From the human T2T-CHM13v2.0 reference genome, Homo sapiens, in NCBI RefSeq assembly GCF_009914755.1, contig NC_060937.1: a DNA stretch of 64,000 bases. One strand, written 5' to 3'. Made by a program: the position numbers and the translations under genes. The notes below the pieces were generated by a model. That model saw only the letters and a program-made list of their open reading frames with translations. It had not been told where the DNA came from and did not search any database. Positions 28,379 through 44,155 of the stretch are shown piece after piece (the stretch's first letter is position 1; each line of letters opens with the position of its first letter).

Positions 28379-28533
28379 CAGAGCCTCTCAAACTTTCTCA
28401 TACATATAAATTACCTGGGACTCTGCTTACAAAGTAGAGTATAATACAGGAAATCTGAGGGTGGAGCATTTCTTACCCGCCTACAGATGATGTTACTATT
28501 CCTTGGTCCATAGGACCACATTATGAAGAGCAA
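28379..28533. mobile_element. MER5A1-like hAT relic
   Basis: ctctcaaactt...aattacctggga...ggtccataggaccacatt. Confidence 0.6.
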
Positions 28534-29690
28534 AAATGTACACTTTTTTATTACAGTCTTTATTTGTATCTCTAAAATACTCTCTATTAAAGCATGATGA
28601 AATTTTTTAAAACACCGTATATTAGCATTATAAGAAGGCATCATATGATTAAGGACATTTGGAACTGTAACACTTAGGCCAGTAATGGTGGCTGATTCTG
28701 TATGAACTTTGGTATCAGTCTCTGATTATTTTTAGCATGAGGTTTACTTCTTAACACCAAAGTAGAACCACTTCCATCCTTTTGCAGGGCCTGACGCTCT
28801 CAGGTTATACTTTCTTTAAGGATACTTCTATTTTGAAATAGTACCTCTGGTATCTCAGCAGAAATGTTTCACATTTATCAACTCTTCCATTTGGTGATGA
28901 ACACAGAAGAAATACTGTGCACAATCCCCTATATCACATTATATGCCAAGAGAGATCAATCAGAGTTTTATGTGAGCTCAGAGAAAGAAAAGAAACTATC
29001 CAAATGGGGAGCTTAAAAAATACTTCATAGAGGAGACAGAGAAAGGGCAATCTGGAAAAGCAACCAATATTTGCCTGCAATATTTATGAGACAGTGGTAT
29101 TTGAGAGGATGGACTTATAATTTGGTTTCAGCAACTGACAATAGGGATGAGAAGGTTTCCTGGGAGGAGCAAACATCATGAACAGAACAAGGGGTGTGTT
29201 TACAGAGGAACAGAATTATTTAAATTACTTGAAAAAAATATTGGAAAGCTAAAAATGTGAATTAAAAATGTTACAATTGATTTTTTGAATACACAAGTGG
29301 AGTTTGTATTTAATTTGCTGGGCAAAGAGGAATGATTAAAGCTCTTCTATGTGGTCATTTTGTTTGTGCATTCATTTTTACCAGCAATATAGTGAACTGC
29401 TTAAGATTAAAAAATACACACAATAAAATTAGTATATCTTGAACAAGTAACTTCTCTCCTACCTTGTACAAGTTCTGTGCCTAGATTTCCTTAAGACCTG
29501 AATAAAAGCAGGACTCTTCAAGTGATTTTTTTGTGAAGATTAAGTGGTTTAATCCATAGTCAGCATTCCAAGAGTGTCTACCCAACTCACACCTGTCCAT
29601 TGAAATAAAAGTATTGGATAAAATATGTAAAAGGTAGTTTTTTAAAAATGCTTCTATAAATTAGTAATAAAGGAATGTTTGATAAAATTG

Positions 29691-29902
29691 GGCTAACATG
29701 GTGAAACCCTGGCTCTACTAAAAAAATACAAAAAATTAGCCGGGTGTCGTGGCGGGCGCCTGTAGCCCCAGCTACTCAGGAGACTGAGGCAGGAGAATGG
29801 TGTGAACCCGGGAGGCCGAGCTTGCAGTGAGCCCAGATCGCACCACTGCATTCCAGCCTGGGCGACAGAGTGAGACTCCATCTCAAAAAAAAAAAAAAAA
29901 AA
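29691..29902 (+). mobile_element. AluY, 5'-truncated
   Basis: Starts at ggctaacatggtgaaacc; Y diagnostics gaatggtgtgaacccgggagg...gagcttgcag; TSD aaaattgggc. Confidence 0.92.
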
Positions 29903-29959
29903 TTGGGCAAAGTACAGGCAGAGGCACAGATAGTGGTAGATACAGTTATACACACACAT

Positions 29960-30990
<1,031 letters not shown>

Positions 30991-31085
30991 CATAATTAAT
31001 TGGATTTCACTTTTTAAACAAGTATATGACAAATTTTTGCTTCCTTATCTGAAATTTCAGAAGAAAGAAATTTAGCCCCTTCGCC

Positions 31086-31488
31086 AGTATTACTTTGTTT
31101 TTGTATTGTTGTAAAGAAGTATCTAAGGCTGGATAATTTATGAAGTAAGGAGGTTCATTTTGGCTCAAGTTTCTGCAGGCTGTGTGAGAAGCCTGGTGCA
31201 AACATCTGCTTAGCTCCTGGTGAGGCCTCAGGAGGCTTACAAACTGGTGGGAGACAAAGGGAGTGCCAGTGTATCACATGGAGAGAGAGGATGGGAGCAG
31301 GTGCCACATTCTTTTAAACAACCAGATCTCTCATGCATTCAGAGCTAGAATTTACTCATTATCATATGGAGGGCACCAAGCCATTCATGAGGAATCCTTC
31401 CCCATGACCCAAACACCTCCCACCAGGCCCCAGCTCCAACACTAGGGATCACATTTCAACATGAGATTCCAACCTCCAAACTATGTCA
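31086..31488 (-). mobile_element. MSTB-like MaLR solo LTR
   Basis: ggctggataatttatgaag...tggtgaggcctcaggaggcttac...caccaagccattcatgagg...cctcccaccaggcccc. Confidence 0.88.
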
Positions 31489-31649
31489 CCCCTTTCTATC
31501 AGGTTATTACTTTTTTCTTTGGCAGATACTATCAATACAAAAGTCAATTTCAGTGATCCATTACTTCTTTTGGTTGTGACCTCAGGAAGGGAAGGATAGA
31601 TTCTTGAATTTTTCTTTATTGAACCAGTTTTCAAGATAATAAATTGATT

Positions 31650-33850
31650 CCCTCCCTTTCTCAGAAGATGACCAATTCTTTTATATACATTTAAATGTCA
31701 TCATGAACCCAGTTTTAAAAACATTTGTAATTCTTATTTTTACTGAAGTTCTTACTGTCTCACATTTTGCCAGCTGGTACCTTTTCCATTTGCCTTTGAG
31801 TCCTTTGAGATGACCCTTAAAATACTTACTAGTTTCTTTGCCATCTGGTATACTTAGATGTACTAAGCTCAGCTTATCCATTGTCACAAACCTGGAATGA
31901 GCCATTTTTACATGAGACTTTATTTGTTTTACTGGGAAATGTCATTTCATGACTGCAATCTGAGCACTAATGATGGCTCTTAGAAGCATAGGTGATAATT
32001 AAAATATTTCATAATTTCTCACTTTATTCCACATTAAATATAACACATTATCTGAATAATACTAAAACTGCCCTTACGCATTATGATTACTAAAATTAGC
32101 TAAACATTTTTGTATGTATTGTCTATTTTCTCTCCCCATTCTATGGTTATACTAGAGATACAGAGATAGTGTCAGGTCACATATCATATCTGCCACTTAG
32201 CTCTTATTTATTGTAACTATATAATGCTCACTATTTGCTTTTATATCAATATCTCTCTAGTGTATTCCTTATAAAGGACTCATGGGGACAATATTTTACG
32301 AGTTCTTTTATGGTGATGAGACTTTGTGTCCTTTAGTCTTAAAAATTAATTTTGTTCAATACAAAAATGTTAGTTAGCTCACATGTTCTTTCCTTCCATT
32401 TTTTTTCAATAAGCTCTGCATTTTCTGGTAGAATGCATTAGTGGCAAAAATTATAATGATAATCTATTTTTCTTTCCATTATTAGCCACTTGCTTTTCTC
32501 CCCTCAGTGCACAATGATTTGTTTTCTGTTTCTTTAAAGTACAGCAATTTTACTAGAATGTATTTTGTGTTGGTAGCTCTGAGTTGGTATTCCAGTTGCA
32601 TAGTGTACTTTTTCAATATGTAATTTTAAATATTTTTCTAGGAGGCTTTTATTGAATTATGGTTTTAATAATTTGTTATCTTCTTTTAACTTTCTTCCTC
32701 AGGAGCACCTATTTTTCGTTTGTTGAATTTTCTTTATCTTCAGCTTTTTCCTCAACCTTTTTGATCTTCGCTCAAATTCTTTTGGATTGGAAAAATTCAC
32801 CTCTTTACCTTCTGTTTCTCTTAAGATATTATTAGTGGTGCTTTTTTGCTTTTGCATTTCTGCACATTGTATTTATTTTTGAAGGAATTTACATTCTTCT
32901 ATTTTTTTGAGATCTCTAACTTCTTTCCTGAAATTTTCTAATTCTAGTTTATTTCTTTGTGTCTTGTATCCCATGCTTACTGCCTTTTAGCTCGCTTTGA
33001 AGTGCTATATCTCATTTTAGTCTGTTTTTGAACATCTTGATTGTGTGCTTACTATGTTTGCAGAGATCATAACAGAATATGCAATATTTATGGTGATAAA
33101 TTTTTGTGAGATTTGATCTCAAAACATTTGTTGCTTATTTTATGTTAATATAAATTCCCTTCATTTTTAGAATAAAGCTTTGTTTCAATAGCTTTTCTAA
33201 ATCTACTGAGTTTCCTGTTCTGTTCTCGTCATGTAGTGTCAAAAAATATGGTGGCTTGTTTTCTAAAATTTCTGGTCTTTTTCTCTCCCCAGTGATTATT
33301 CATATCTTCTCTTCTTAACTTTCTGTTATTCTTATCTCACTATTTTTTTTCCACTTTCAGCAGTTACTCTTGTATGTGGAATCCCCTCATCCTGAATGGT
33401 AAGAAAACTTGGCAGATTTTAAGCTTCAAGAGTTCAGCAGGTTTCAGAGACTTTATTTCCTTTAGCCTTATAACAGAGCCCTTGCATCCACCCATTATTA
33501 GTGTGGGCATAAATGTTCACAGTTCTCTGCTGTTTTCACATTGATTTTCAATAAATCCTGTGGGTTCTGTTGTTTTCATGGCTTTAACTTGCTGCATTGC
33601 TTCCCTCTGTTTCTTCTGCACACATGCTGATAGTGTGTAGATTGACCATTGGTGGTGTGCTCTCTCTCATTTCTGCTTTGAGGTTAATGAGGATGACATT
33701 TTGACTGAGTTTTGTTTTATTTAATTGGCAAAAACCATAATTACTTTTGCACCAGTCTAATAAATGGTATCCATGTGATTTTAATTTTGCTATCAAGTTA
33801 GTCTTTTCATTTTATGTAAGGATTTCTGAATGTCCCAAAGCTATGTTGCA
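31650..33850 (-). mobile_element. Old L1MC/HAL1-like fragments
   Basis: T-rich strand; gagtcctttgagatgaccc...acctggaatgagccattttt; ORF1-like antisense motifs at 32240-32800. Confidence 0.55.
33722..33762. mobile_element. Half MADE1 (Tc1/mariner MITE)
   Basis: tggcaaaaaccataattacttttgcaccagtctaata matches one MADE1/Hsmar1 terminal inverted repeat. Confidence 0.85.
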
Positions 33851-34349
33851 ACCACCACTGCTATCTTACGTGAATTTCCCAATAATTTTCATTTTATAAG
33901 TAAATAAAATATAGCATAATAGATGACACCTTGATGCTCTTCCTTTTTGATCCTTTCCCCCTGATTTACATATATATGTGTGTTTATATATTGTAATTAT
34001 ATAGAATTACTATTTTTAATATTAATATTAAACAGCAGTGTTTTTAAAATGTATATGCCTCCAATTTGTCTTTCTGCTGATAAAATAGACTTTATTATAA
34101 TTGATGTATGAATATACCACAATGTATTATCTATTATTTCCAATTTTAATGAACAATGCTACAAGCAAGCCTCTCTGTGCATGAGTATGTATTCCATTAG
34201 GTTGCAAAACTAATCTTCAAAGTGATTATATTAATTCATACTTGCACCAGCACTCCAAGTAGACTATTTTTGGATTTGTACCATAATTTCATATCCTCAG
34301 AGTTTTTAATTTTGCTGAATTTTTAAAATGTAAATGGTAAATATCTTTG

Positions 34350-34830
34350 TGTATATGAAAGAAATTGCAACAGATGGAATGAAATAGGCAAGGAAGATGT
34401 TCATTATTCAAGATGATTACAGTAGGGGAAAGAGAGAGAACTCTCCACTGAACCAAAAGATGAGATAGTTTTATGCACCTGGGAGAGCTAGTGAAAAAGT
34501 ATTTGGCCGGTCTTAGGAGTGAGCTTGGTCAATGTGATTAGGTCATATGTGTTTGCTAATTGGTATTTATGAAAGTTAGGCTGCTTCCCTGACATAGAGA
34601 CTGGGAGATAGGGGTTCTGTCTTGATGACTACATCTCATAAAGATGGCTCCTTGAAAAAGAGAATCCTGGCTTTTGAAACAGGCAAGAAACTGGAAGATT
34701 TAAATCTCAAATGGGAAGAGAAAGAATTTACAATTACAAATGTTCTAAAGTAAGTGCATTAAGAAAAAGAAGTTAGGGGCTTATGTTAGGAAGAAACATG
34801 TTTAAAATTTAGTCAACATAAAGGAAATGC
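34350..34830 (-). mobile_element. ERV1 LTR, MER67(C)-like
   Basis: gagctagtgaaaaagta...ttggtcaatgtgattagg...tgtgtttgctaattgg...agagactgggagatagggg. Confidence 0.7.
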
Positions 34831-35029
34831 AAAAACTGATTCTGGTGAGGTTTATCGTTATTTTTTGTTTAATGACCATTTTGTGTTTCCTCTTTTGTGA
34901 ATTTATTCCCCTCCCCTTTTCATATTTTATCACTTGGTTGAGTTAAACTATCTCATTATATACCTAACTAGTATTTTCTCAGCATATGAGTTGTGAGAAA
35001 TCTCACTGTTTCTGGTGTGACTTTTAAAG

Positions 35030-35950
35030 ATGTATCCCAGCTATATACTCATAAATTACAGTCTAGAAAGGGAAATAGGTATATCAGTAAATACATTAAA
35101 ATGAACTGTAAAAAATACATAAAATTGAGAAATATGAGGAATAAAGAATACATAAATAGTAGAGAATGATCCATTATATGGGGATTTTCTTAAGAATATC
35201 ATCTTAGAAATTATAGCTGAGCTGGGTTTCAATAGAGGACCAAAGATAATCAGATGGAGAGTGGACTAAAATTCATGACAGACAAAGCATTTACCAAAGT
35301 ACAGATGTTTCAAGTATCAGTGTTTTCAGGGAAGCTCAATGTTTGCACTCTTCCTGGAGCACCACTTTTGAGGAAGGAATGATAGACGAGGCTGAGAAAG
35401 CAGTTGGTGGCCTCTACAATGCAGAAGCCTATATATACAGTTGTCCTATAGAGCCGTTTAGACTTATTCTGAAAAGAATGGATTTATTCAACTGAAAAAT
35501 CTACAAAGGAAAATTCATACATTCAAAACACAATGCCCAAATAATACAAGAAGTTCCAGTGATGTTTAGATAACAGTTAGCTCTAGGTCTTCATTCAATA
35601 CGTCTAAAAATAAACCTGTCAACTTTCCTCTCAATTCTTTTCAGTTGTTCCTTTTTTTTTTTCTTCTGACAACACTATGACTCACCATCCTCCAAGACAG
35701 AAACTCAGGAGTCATCTTGTGTTCCTCCTCTCCCTTCACGCCCCGCATTTAATAAGACCCATTGCCTTTACTTCTAAATTTCTTTTCTTTCACATCCCCA
35801 CTGCTACTATCTTAGTTTAATTCCTCAACATCTCTTGCCCAATTGGTCACATTGGTCTCTCTGCTTCTGTATTGTCCATCTCTACACTCTTGGTGAAATA
35901 CTATTTTAAAACTGTTTTTTGCTGAGATATGGAAACTCCAGCCATCATGT
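35030..35950. mobile_element. L2 fragments in both orientations
   Basis: agctgagctgggtttcaatag (purine-rich) and gaaactcaggagtcatcttg...tcctcctctcccttcac (pyrimidine-rich). Confidence 0.5.
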
Positions 35951-36695
35951 AATCTTTTTAGGCAGAGCGGTCCTCTAAGGAGAGGAGGCTGGTTCGGTAT
36001 CAAAATTTATGAACTGTTGAACAATAGCTTTTAGTTATTTGCCATTTCAGACAACCAATTTCAATTATTCTGAAGGCACCCAGATGCTTTTGACCAAACT
36101 AAACTCTTTCATTTTCTCCCATATCTCAGTGAAATGAGTGTGGTGCTCACATGTTCTATGATTCTGAAGGCACATACTTCAAAACCCAGAAGACTGTTAT
36201 AGCTACTGTGCTGGTGATTTGCCTATTTTGTCACAGATCTGAGCCTCCTCTTCTGTAAATTGTGCTTACGTAAACTACATTTCCCAACCTCCACCAAATC
36301 CCTCAACTCCCTATAAATTACATTTCCCTGATTCTCCTTCCAGGTATTATACTTTTATTTTTTTCTGCCAATGGAAAGTCCTAAAAGGAGATTAAAAGAG
36401 GGAGAGGGGAAAGCACTTCGTCTGGTTTCTTTTCTGCTGGCATTACATCAAAGCAGAGAGTCACTCCCCAGCCTCCAGACATGTTTAGCTCTTATATTAG
36501 CAGCTAGGATAAACCCGTTGAAGGGAGGTACCAGCTAACTTTACCTCCATCGCTAGTCTGAGCGCCAGCAATTTGGGGCGGGGACTCAGGTATGAGCATC
36601 ACCTTGGAAGGGCAACATTCCCGTTGTCCATTTGAGAAGCATACTTCTCTTCCAAATCCCTAGATGCTGGTTATCCTATCTCTTCCATTTCTTAA

Positions 36696-37449
<754 letters not shown>

Positions 37450-38288
37450 TGACTGGACCTATCTGATATAGCTGTTGTTAACTGTGTAAAGTTAAACCAA
37501 AACATAATTATCTGAAAACCAGTAAGACCTTCCTTCTAGTCTTCGGGTGCGGGGAGTAAAACTGTTACAATTTTCTATAGGTTTATATTCTACTGTGTAG
37601 GATAACATCTGTTTTAGCATTTCCTCCCAAATTCCAGAGGAAGATAATCACATAGAAAATTAGATAAAGTAAGCCATTGAACAGAGAGTAAGGGAAAATA
37701 GATGTCTTCTGGGTGAGAAATTTCCTGGAAAATCATCCCTTGAACCATTAAGTCTTTGATGAAATTTGGCATTGTGTCTGGTTCACCCGGGTTGATTTGA
37801 AGCTCTGAGTGTCAGTGAGATTACTATATAAAACTATCTCTCTGAAGACTGACTGACTAACTGGGTCTTCCATAGAGCCAACTCTACAGAACAGGGGAAA
37901 AGTTGAGGCAAGGCAATTAATTCATAAATGAATAATAAAAAGCAAATGGGACTGACAATAAGAAGACGCAGCATGCCATTGGTTTTTGAACACAAATTCC
38001 AAGTCTCTCTCCTTCACTATTACTAATTTCAGGTCATCCTAGACTTGGAATATTTGAATTAACTCTGTAGGATATGGTCAAGCGTCTCTTCAACATCCTG
38101 CATACCAACTAGTTTTAATCTTGTAAAGTATGGTTCTATTTCTGCACCCAGCACCAAAACCTTTATTAGTTTCTGTGGCTCGCTCAAAAGTGTTTTTTTT
38201 TTTTTTATGAGTTGTACTAACCATAATAGTTGTAAAATTGTCTAGGGAAAGTCAGGAAGCATCTTTTTATCTGTCTATATGCCACAGA

Positions 38289-38480
38289 ACTATTCTTGAT
38301 CATGGAGTATATAACCTGCATCAGAATGACATCGGATTAATCTCTGTGCTTGTTTAAACACAGAGTATAGAGTTCTAGCCAGAAATAGTGAATCAACATT
38401 TCCAGTGGTAGATCCCAGAAATGGATATTTAACAAGCATACTAAATAATAACTATTTCCAATAAAGCTTGAGAACAACTG
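38289..38480. mobile_element. MER5-like hAT relic
   Basis: acctgcatcagaat...tgcttgtttaaacacaga...tttaacaagca...aagcttgagaacaactg. Confidence 0.6.
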
Positions 38481-39104
38481 CCTCACAGTCCCTGCCACAG
38501 TGCCTCCAAACATGAGGCATTTAATGAATGTGTTCTGAAGTGCAAGAATGCCTGCATGTAATCCACACATCTCTAAGACACATCTTAATTAACATTAAAA
38601 ACCAGATTTTCTAATGAATTGAAAATATTGACATTAATTTTAGCCAAGAATATTATTCAGAAACAAAAATAATAAGTATGTGTATATTCAAAAGATCAAA
38701 ACTGAGTTAAAATACAGAGTAAATTTGATAAGTATAGTTTTCTTCAATCATTGGTACTTGTGAATTATATAAATAACTCTTTCACATTTTCACTTAGTGG
38801 AGACCTGACTAGAATATTTTGCATTAGTTTAATGTGTAATTTTGCGTGAAAATTAATAATCCGAAAGTAATTATTAAGTGCTAATTGTTAAGCTGAAGTG
38901 TAAAGTACTGAATTTAAGAGTATCATTTTCTAGATTAATATACAATGTCTCAATTTTGGAGGAGATACATTAATACAATAGGTATTGCTTGGGGATAGTT
39001 TTTATTGATTATGTTTGAGTTCCTTTAATTTCTTTATAACTTTAATGTTTTATGCTAATTTTTAAGAATATAAATAATTATATTTGCCTATTAAGTAATA
39101 TATA

Positions 39105-39108
<4 letters not shown>

Positions 39109-39151
<43 letters not shown>
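39109..39151. repeat. Perfect (TA)n microsatellite, ~21 units
   Basis: Direct reading. Confidence 0.95.
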
Positions 39152-39155
<4 letters not shown>

Positions 39156-39427
39156 CTAAATGTAGTTCTCTGGTTATAAATTTGCAAAATAGTATGGATT
39201 TTGTATCATAAGATTTTTTGTCATAATTATTGTTCCATACCTTTATGTTATGAGTATATTCTATGGAATCCTGTTTTTTCCCTGAAGTCTAAACTGCATT
39301 ATGATGCTCACATAAGAACATTGTACTCATTTAATACAAATTTTGCAATTCAAATTAGAGTCACTTACAGCTTCTTTATAGTTCCAACATCATGGTTATT
39401 TTTCGTTTGAAATGCCCCTTATCTCCA

Positions 39428-39960
39428 CATTCATACATCCATTTATTCATCCATCCATTCATTTATTCATTCAACAAATTATTAATTGGTCCTTAATTGG
39501 TGCTAGTCACCATACAGATTTCGGCCTCTGGGGGCTAAAGAAGAGTAATCAGGGAAAATTACAATGCAGTGTGAAAGGTTTTATTTGGGAAAAGCAGATC
39601 TTGTGGGAACACACAGGAAGGTATCTCAGTCTTAGGGATAACATGAAGGCTTCTCAAAGGAATTAAAACATCATCTGACACCTGAAGAAGCAGTTATTAA
39701 TAGGGTTATGGATAACCAGGGGAGCAATCACTACAAAAACGTGAAGCAGAAACAGAAACCTAAGAATTAGAGAATGCTGGGGATTCTTGGGATCTACATG
39801 AAATTCCAGAATGTTGTTATATACAATGTAGGCTGGGGACTGGCATGAGCCAACTCATGTATTAAAACCTTTCAAATTACAGTGTCAAGAATGTATGTGG
39901 TGATAAAAGTTAAGGGCCTATCACAGAAATCCAGACAAATAAGTTGATGACATAAATGAC
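39428..39960 (-). mobile_element. L2 3' end with (CATT/CATC)n tail
   Basis: cattcatttattcattcaacaaattatt followed by a purine-rich L2 body. Confidence 0.6.
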
Positions 39961-40334
39961 AACTCAATACTTTTTTTCTGTGGTGATTTCTGCACCTCTT
40001 GAAATGAACTTGGTCACTCCCTCACCTGCTAACTTTAGCACTTGTGTGTGTGTGTTTATAAAATTATATGTATTATACATAATATATATAATTACACTGA
40101 ATTTAGCTGATTTTTTCATAGACTATGAGCTTCTAAAAAATCATCCCCATATTCGTCATTACATTCTTGGGATCAAATATACTGCATGAAAAAAGATGCT
40201 CAGAAAAGTCTATGTTAAGTTAATGTATGAATATATGAATGAGTGAAGGAAAGTGTTTTGAAACCATCATAGGGAATATAATAAGATAAAATTACACTAG
40301 AATAAAATGAAACTGATAAGAATAAATTTGATGG

Positions 40335-40686
<352 letters not shown>

Positions 40687-40949
40687 CTACTGAGTATTCT
40701 ATTTCCCCAACATGCAGAATATGGAGGCTATTATATAATTATTTGGGTTGATTCTACTTTAGCATCTCTTTGTTATTGAAGAATACTTGTCATCACTAGC
40801 TACACCTACTGTTCCTAGATGTAGCTTCAGCAAAACTTGTTCAAGTTCAGTGAAGAACAATGAGAATAGTAAAGACAGTACAAATTTCCTATTTCAAAGA
40901 TGAAGTTTGTTGATCATAAAATGCAAATTAAAATATGAAAATTGAATTT

Positions 40950-42882
40950 TGTATTCGTTCTCACACTGCTATGAAGAAATACCCAAGACTGGGTAATTTA
41001 TAAAGAAAAGAGGTTTAATTGACTCACAGTTCCACATGGCTAGAGAGGCTTCAGGAAACTTACAATCATGGCAGAAGGCACATCTTCACAGGGTGGCAGG
41101 AGAGAATGAGAGAAGTACAGAGCAAAGGTGGGAAAAGCCCCTCACAAAACCATCAGATCTCAAGAGAACTCAATCACTATCATGAGAAGAGCACAGGGGA
41201 ACTGCACCCATGATTCAGTTACCTCCCAAGAGGTCCTTTCCCCAACATGTGGGGATTACAATTCAAGATGAAATTTGGGTAGGGACTCAGACCCAGATCA
41301 TATCATTCTGCCCCTGGCCCTTCCCAAATCTCATGTCCTCACATTTCAAAACACAAGCATGCCTTTCCAGCAGTCCCCCAACATCTTAGCTCACTCCAGC
41401 ATTAACCCAAATGTTCAAGTCCAAGGTTTCATATAAGACAAGACAAGTCCCTTCTACCTATGAGCCTGTAAAATCAAAAGCAACATACAGTGGGGGTACA
41501 GACATTGGATAAATGTACCCATTCCAAACGGGAGAAATTGGCCAAAATGAAGGGGCTGCAGTTCCCATGCAAATCCAAAATCCAATAGGGCAGTCATTTA
41601 ATCTTAAAATTCCAAAATGTTCTCCTTTGACTCCATCTCTCACATCCAGGTCACACTGATGCAAGAGGTGGGTTCCCATGGTCTTGGGCAGCTTCATTCC
41701 TTCGACTTTGCAGGATACAGGCCCTCCGTCCTGACTGCTTTCACAGGCTGGTGTTGAGTGTCTGTGGCTTTTCCAGGCACACAGTGCAAGCTGTCAGTGG
41801 ATATACCATTCTGGGGTCTGGAGGATGGTGGCCCTCTTCTCACAGCTCCACTAGATAGTGCCCCAGTGGGGATTTTTTGTGTGGGGACTCTGACCTCACA
41901 TTTCCCTTCCACAGTGTCCTAGCAGAGGCTCTCCATGAGGGCTCTGCCCCTGCAGCACCTCTGCCTGGACATCCAGGCATTTCTGTACATCCTCTGAAAT
42001 CTAGACAGAGGTTCCCAAACTTAATTTCTATGCATCCACAGGCTCAACACCATGTAAAAGCCACCAAGGCTTGGGGTTCGCACCCTCTGAAGCAATGGCC
42101 TGAGCTGTACGTTGGCCCCTTTTAGCCACAGCTGGGAGACAGGAAACCAAATCCTGAGACTGCACAAAGCGATAAGGCCCTTGGGCCTGGCCCACAAAAC
42201 CGTCTTTCCCTCCTGATCCTCTAGGCCTGTGATGGGAGGGGCTGCCGTGAAAGTTTCTGACATGCCCTGGAGACATTTTCCCCATTGTCTTGGCAGTTAA
42301 CATTTGGCTACTCATTACTTGTGCAAATTTCTGCAGTCTGCTTGAATTTCTCCTCAGAAAATGGGTTTTTCTTTTCTATTGGATCATCAGGCTGCAAATT
42401 TTCTGAACGTTTATGCTCTACTTCCCTTTTAAAAATAAGTTCCAATTCCAAATCATATCTTTGTAAATGAATAAAACTGAATGCTTTTAAGAGTTTCCGG
42501 TACCAATTTATTGTATTAGTTTGTTTTCACACTGCTATGAAAAAATACCTGAGACTGGGTAATTTATGAAGAAAAAAGGTTTAATTGATTCACAGTTCCA
42601 CATGGCTGGGGAGGCCTCAGAAACTTACAATCATGGCAGAAGGCACTTCTTCACAGGGTGACAGGAGAGAGAATGAGAGATGTGGAGCAAAGGAGGGAAA
42701 AGCCCCTCACAAAATGATCAGATCTCCTGAGAACAAACTCACTATCATGAGAACAGCATAGGAGAACCACCCCCGTGATTCCGTCACCTCTCATGAGGCC
42801 CCTCCCCTAACACATGGGGATTACAATTTGGATTACAATTCAAAATGAAATTTGGGTGGAGACACAGAGCCAGATCGTATCT
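40950..42882 (-). mobile_element. THE1 (C/D-like) MaLR provirus: LTR 40950-41305, internally deleted internal region 41306-42511, LTR 42512-42882
   Basis: Two direct-repeat LTRs (cacactgctatgaa...gactgggtaatttat...acttacaatcatggcagaaggcac); internal motifs cccctggcccttcccaaatctcatgtcc and ggtaccaattta. Confidence 0.92.
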
Positions 42883-42909
42883 AGCTTTTAAATAATCTCA
42901 AAAGCTATT

Positions 42910-43120
42910 TGATAGATTTATTGAATAACAGTCAATTCTAGTATCCAGGCCTGTTCTGGATATATCCATGTATTAACATATGTAATCTTAAAACTCTATA
43001 TGATAGGTAATATTGCCAATTTTTGGCACAGATGCATTGAATTCTTTGCCCTGGGTTACATTAGTTTCAGTGAGCATGATGCAGAGCCAAGATCCATGGC
43101 CAACAAATAGGACTTCAGCC
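42910..43120 (-). mobile_element. MIR fragment
   Basis: tttattgaa...ccaggcctgttct...tttgccctgggttaca...gcagagccaagat. Confidence 0.5.
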
Positions 43121-44072
43121 AAGAATAACGTTAGGATTGTCTCTGCAGATTGTGTATAAAAAACTTCACTCTATATTTTAAAATGTTTTGAAATTCTTTT
43201 TGTGTATGTGGGCGAAATAGAAAATTGCAGAAGAAACTTACTTAAAGAAATGTATTGTTGGAAAGGGTATTTATAAATATTAGTCTAAATACCTGAACAA
43301 GTAATTTAAGAACATTAATGTTCAGTGATATGCTTCATGTACAGCAAAGATTTCCCTGATTATATTTTTGAGAGGACCATCTATGGAACTTTACACTAAA
43401 GTAATAGGCTTCATGGAGGAAGTACACTGGAAATACATGAAGTAACAAGACCTCTAATTGCAGTTCTGCTAATGTCCAGGACCTTAACAAGTCTTAGATC
43501 TCATTTGCTAGCCCTATAAAATCAAGAAATGCTCACAAAATCCATTTCATTTCTCAAATACTATGTTTCAGGAAAGGGCATATTTTAAAATAATGGTTGT
43601 TACTTTGAAAGTATTCTGGGTATAATTGATATTGCTGAAAGCCATTTTTAGTACATAAACCCATCAGATAAAGACCACCGGAGAAACTTCCATTGTCAAA
43701 GGTAGTTTCATTAGCCCTAATCTGCTGAATCAAAGGCTACAGTACACCAAGAGAACTGTGAGGTGACTCCATAAGACTGTATTGCCATTGACTGTTTACA
43801 GGTTTGTGCTTGTGCTGAATAATTCCAAAGAGGAACTTGAAAAGAGAATAGAATACCCTTGATGAGTGATCTTATGAGGGAAGGGCTGTTTAACACTTGA
43901 GTATCACAGTCTTCTTTCTTCAGGAGTTGAGAAGACTGAATAATGGTGGGAACTTATTGGAAAGAAAGCAATACTCATTTGTGTGATCTTAGTGTATCAC
44001 ATTAGAAATAATAGCTTTGGTTCTGTTGGGAATATTGCAGTCTGATCTGTATCCAAAATAAGGCATAAGTCT

Positions 44073-44075
<3 letters not shown>

Positions 44076-44155
<80 letters not shown>
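44076..44155. repeat. Compound (CT)n(CA)n microsatellite
   Basis: About 18 CT units followed by about 17 CA units. Confidence 0.95.

Noticed and set aside
41019-42470. Dense overlapping ORFs on both strands
   Set aside because: They lie in THE1 LTR/internal sequence and are fragmented MaLR remnants.
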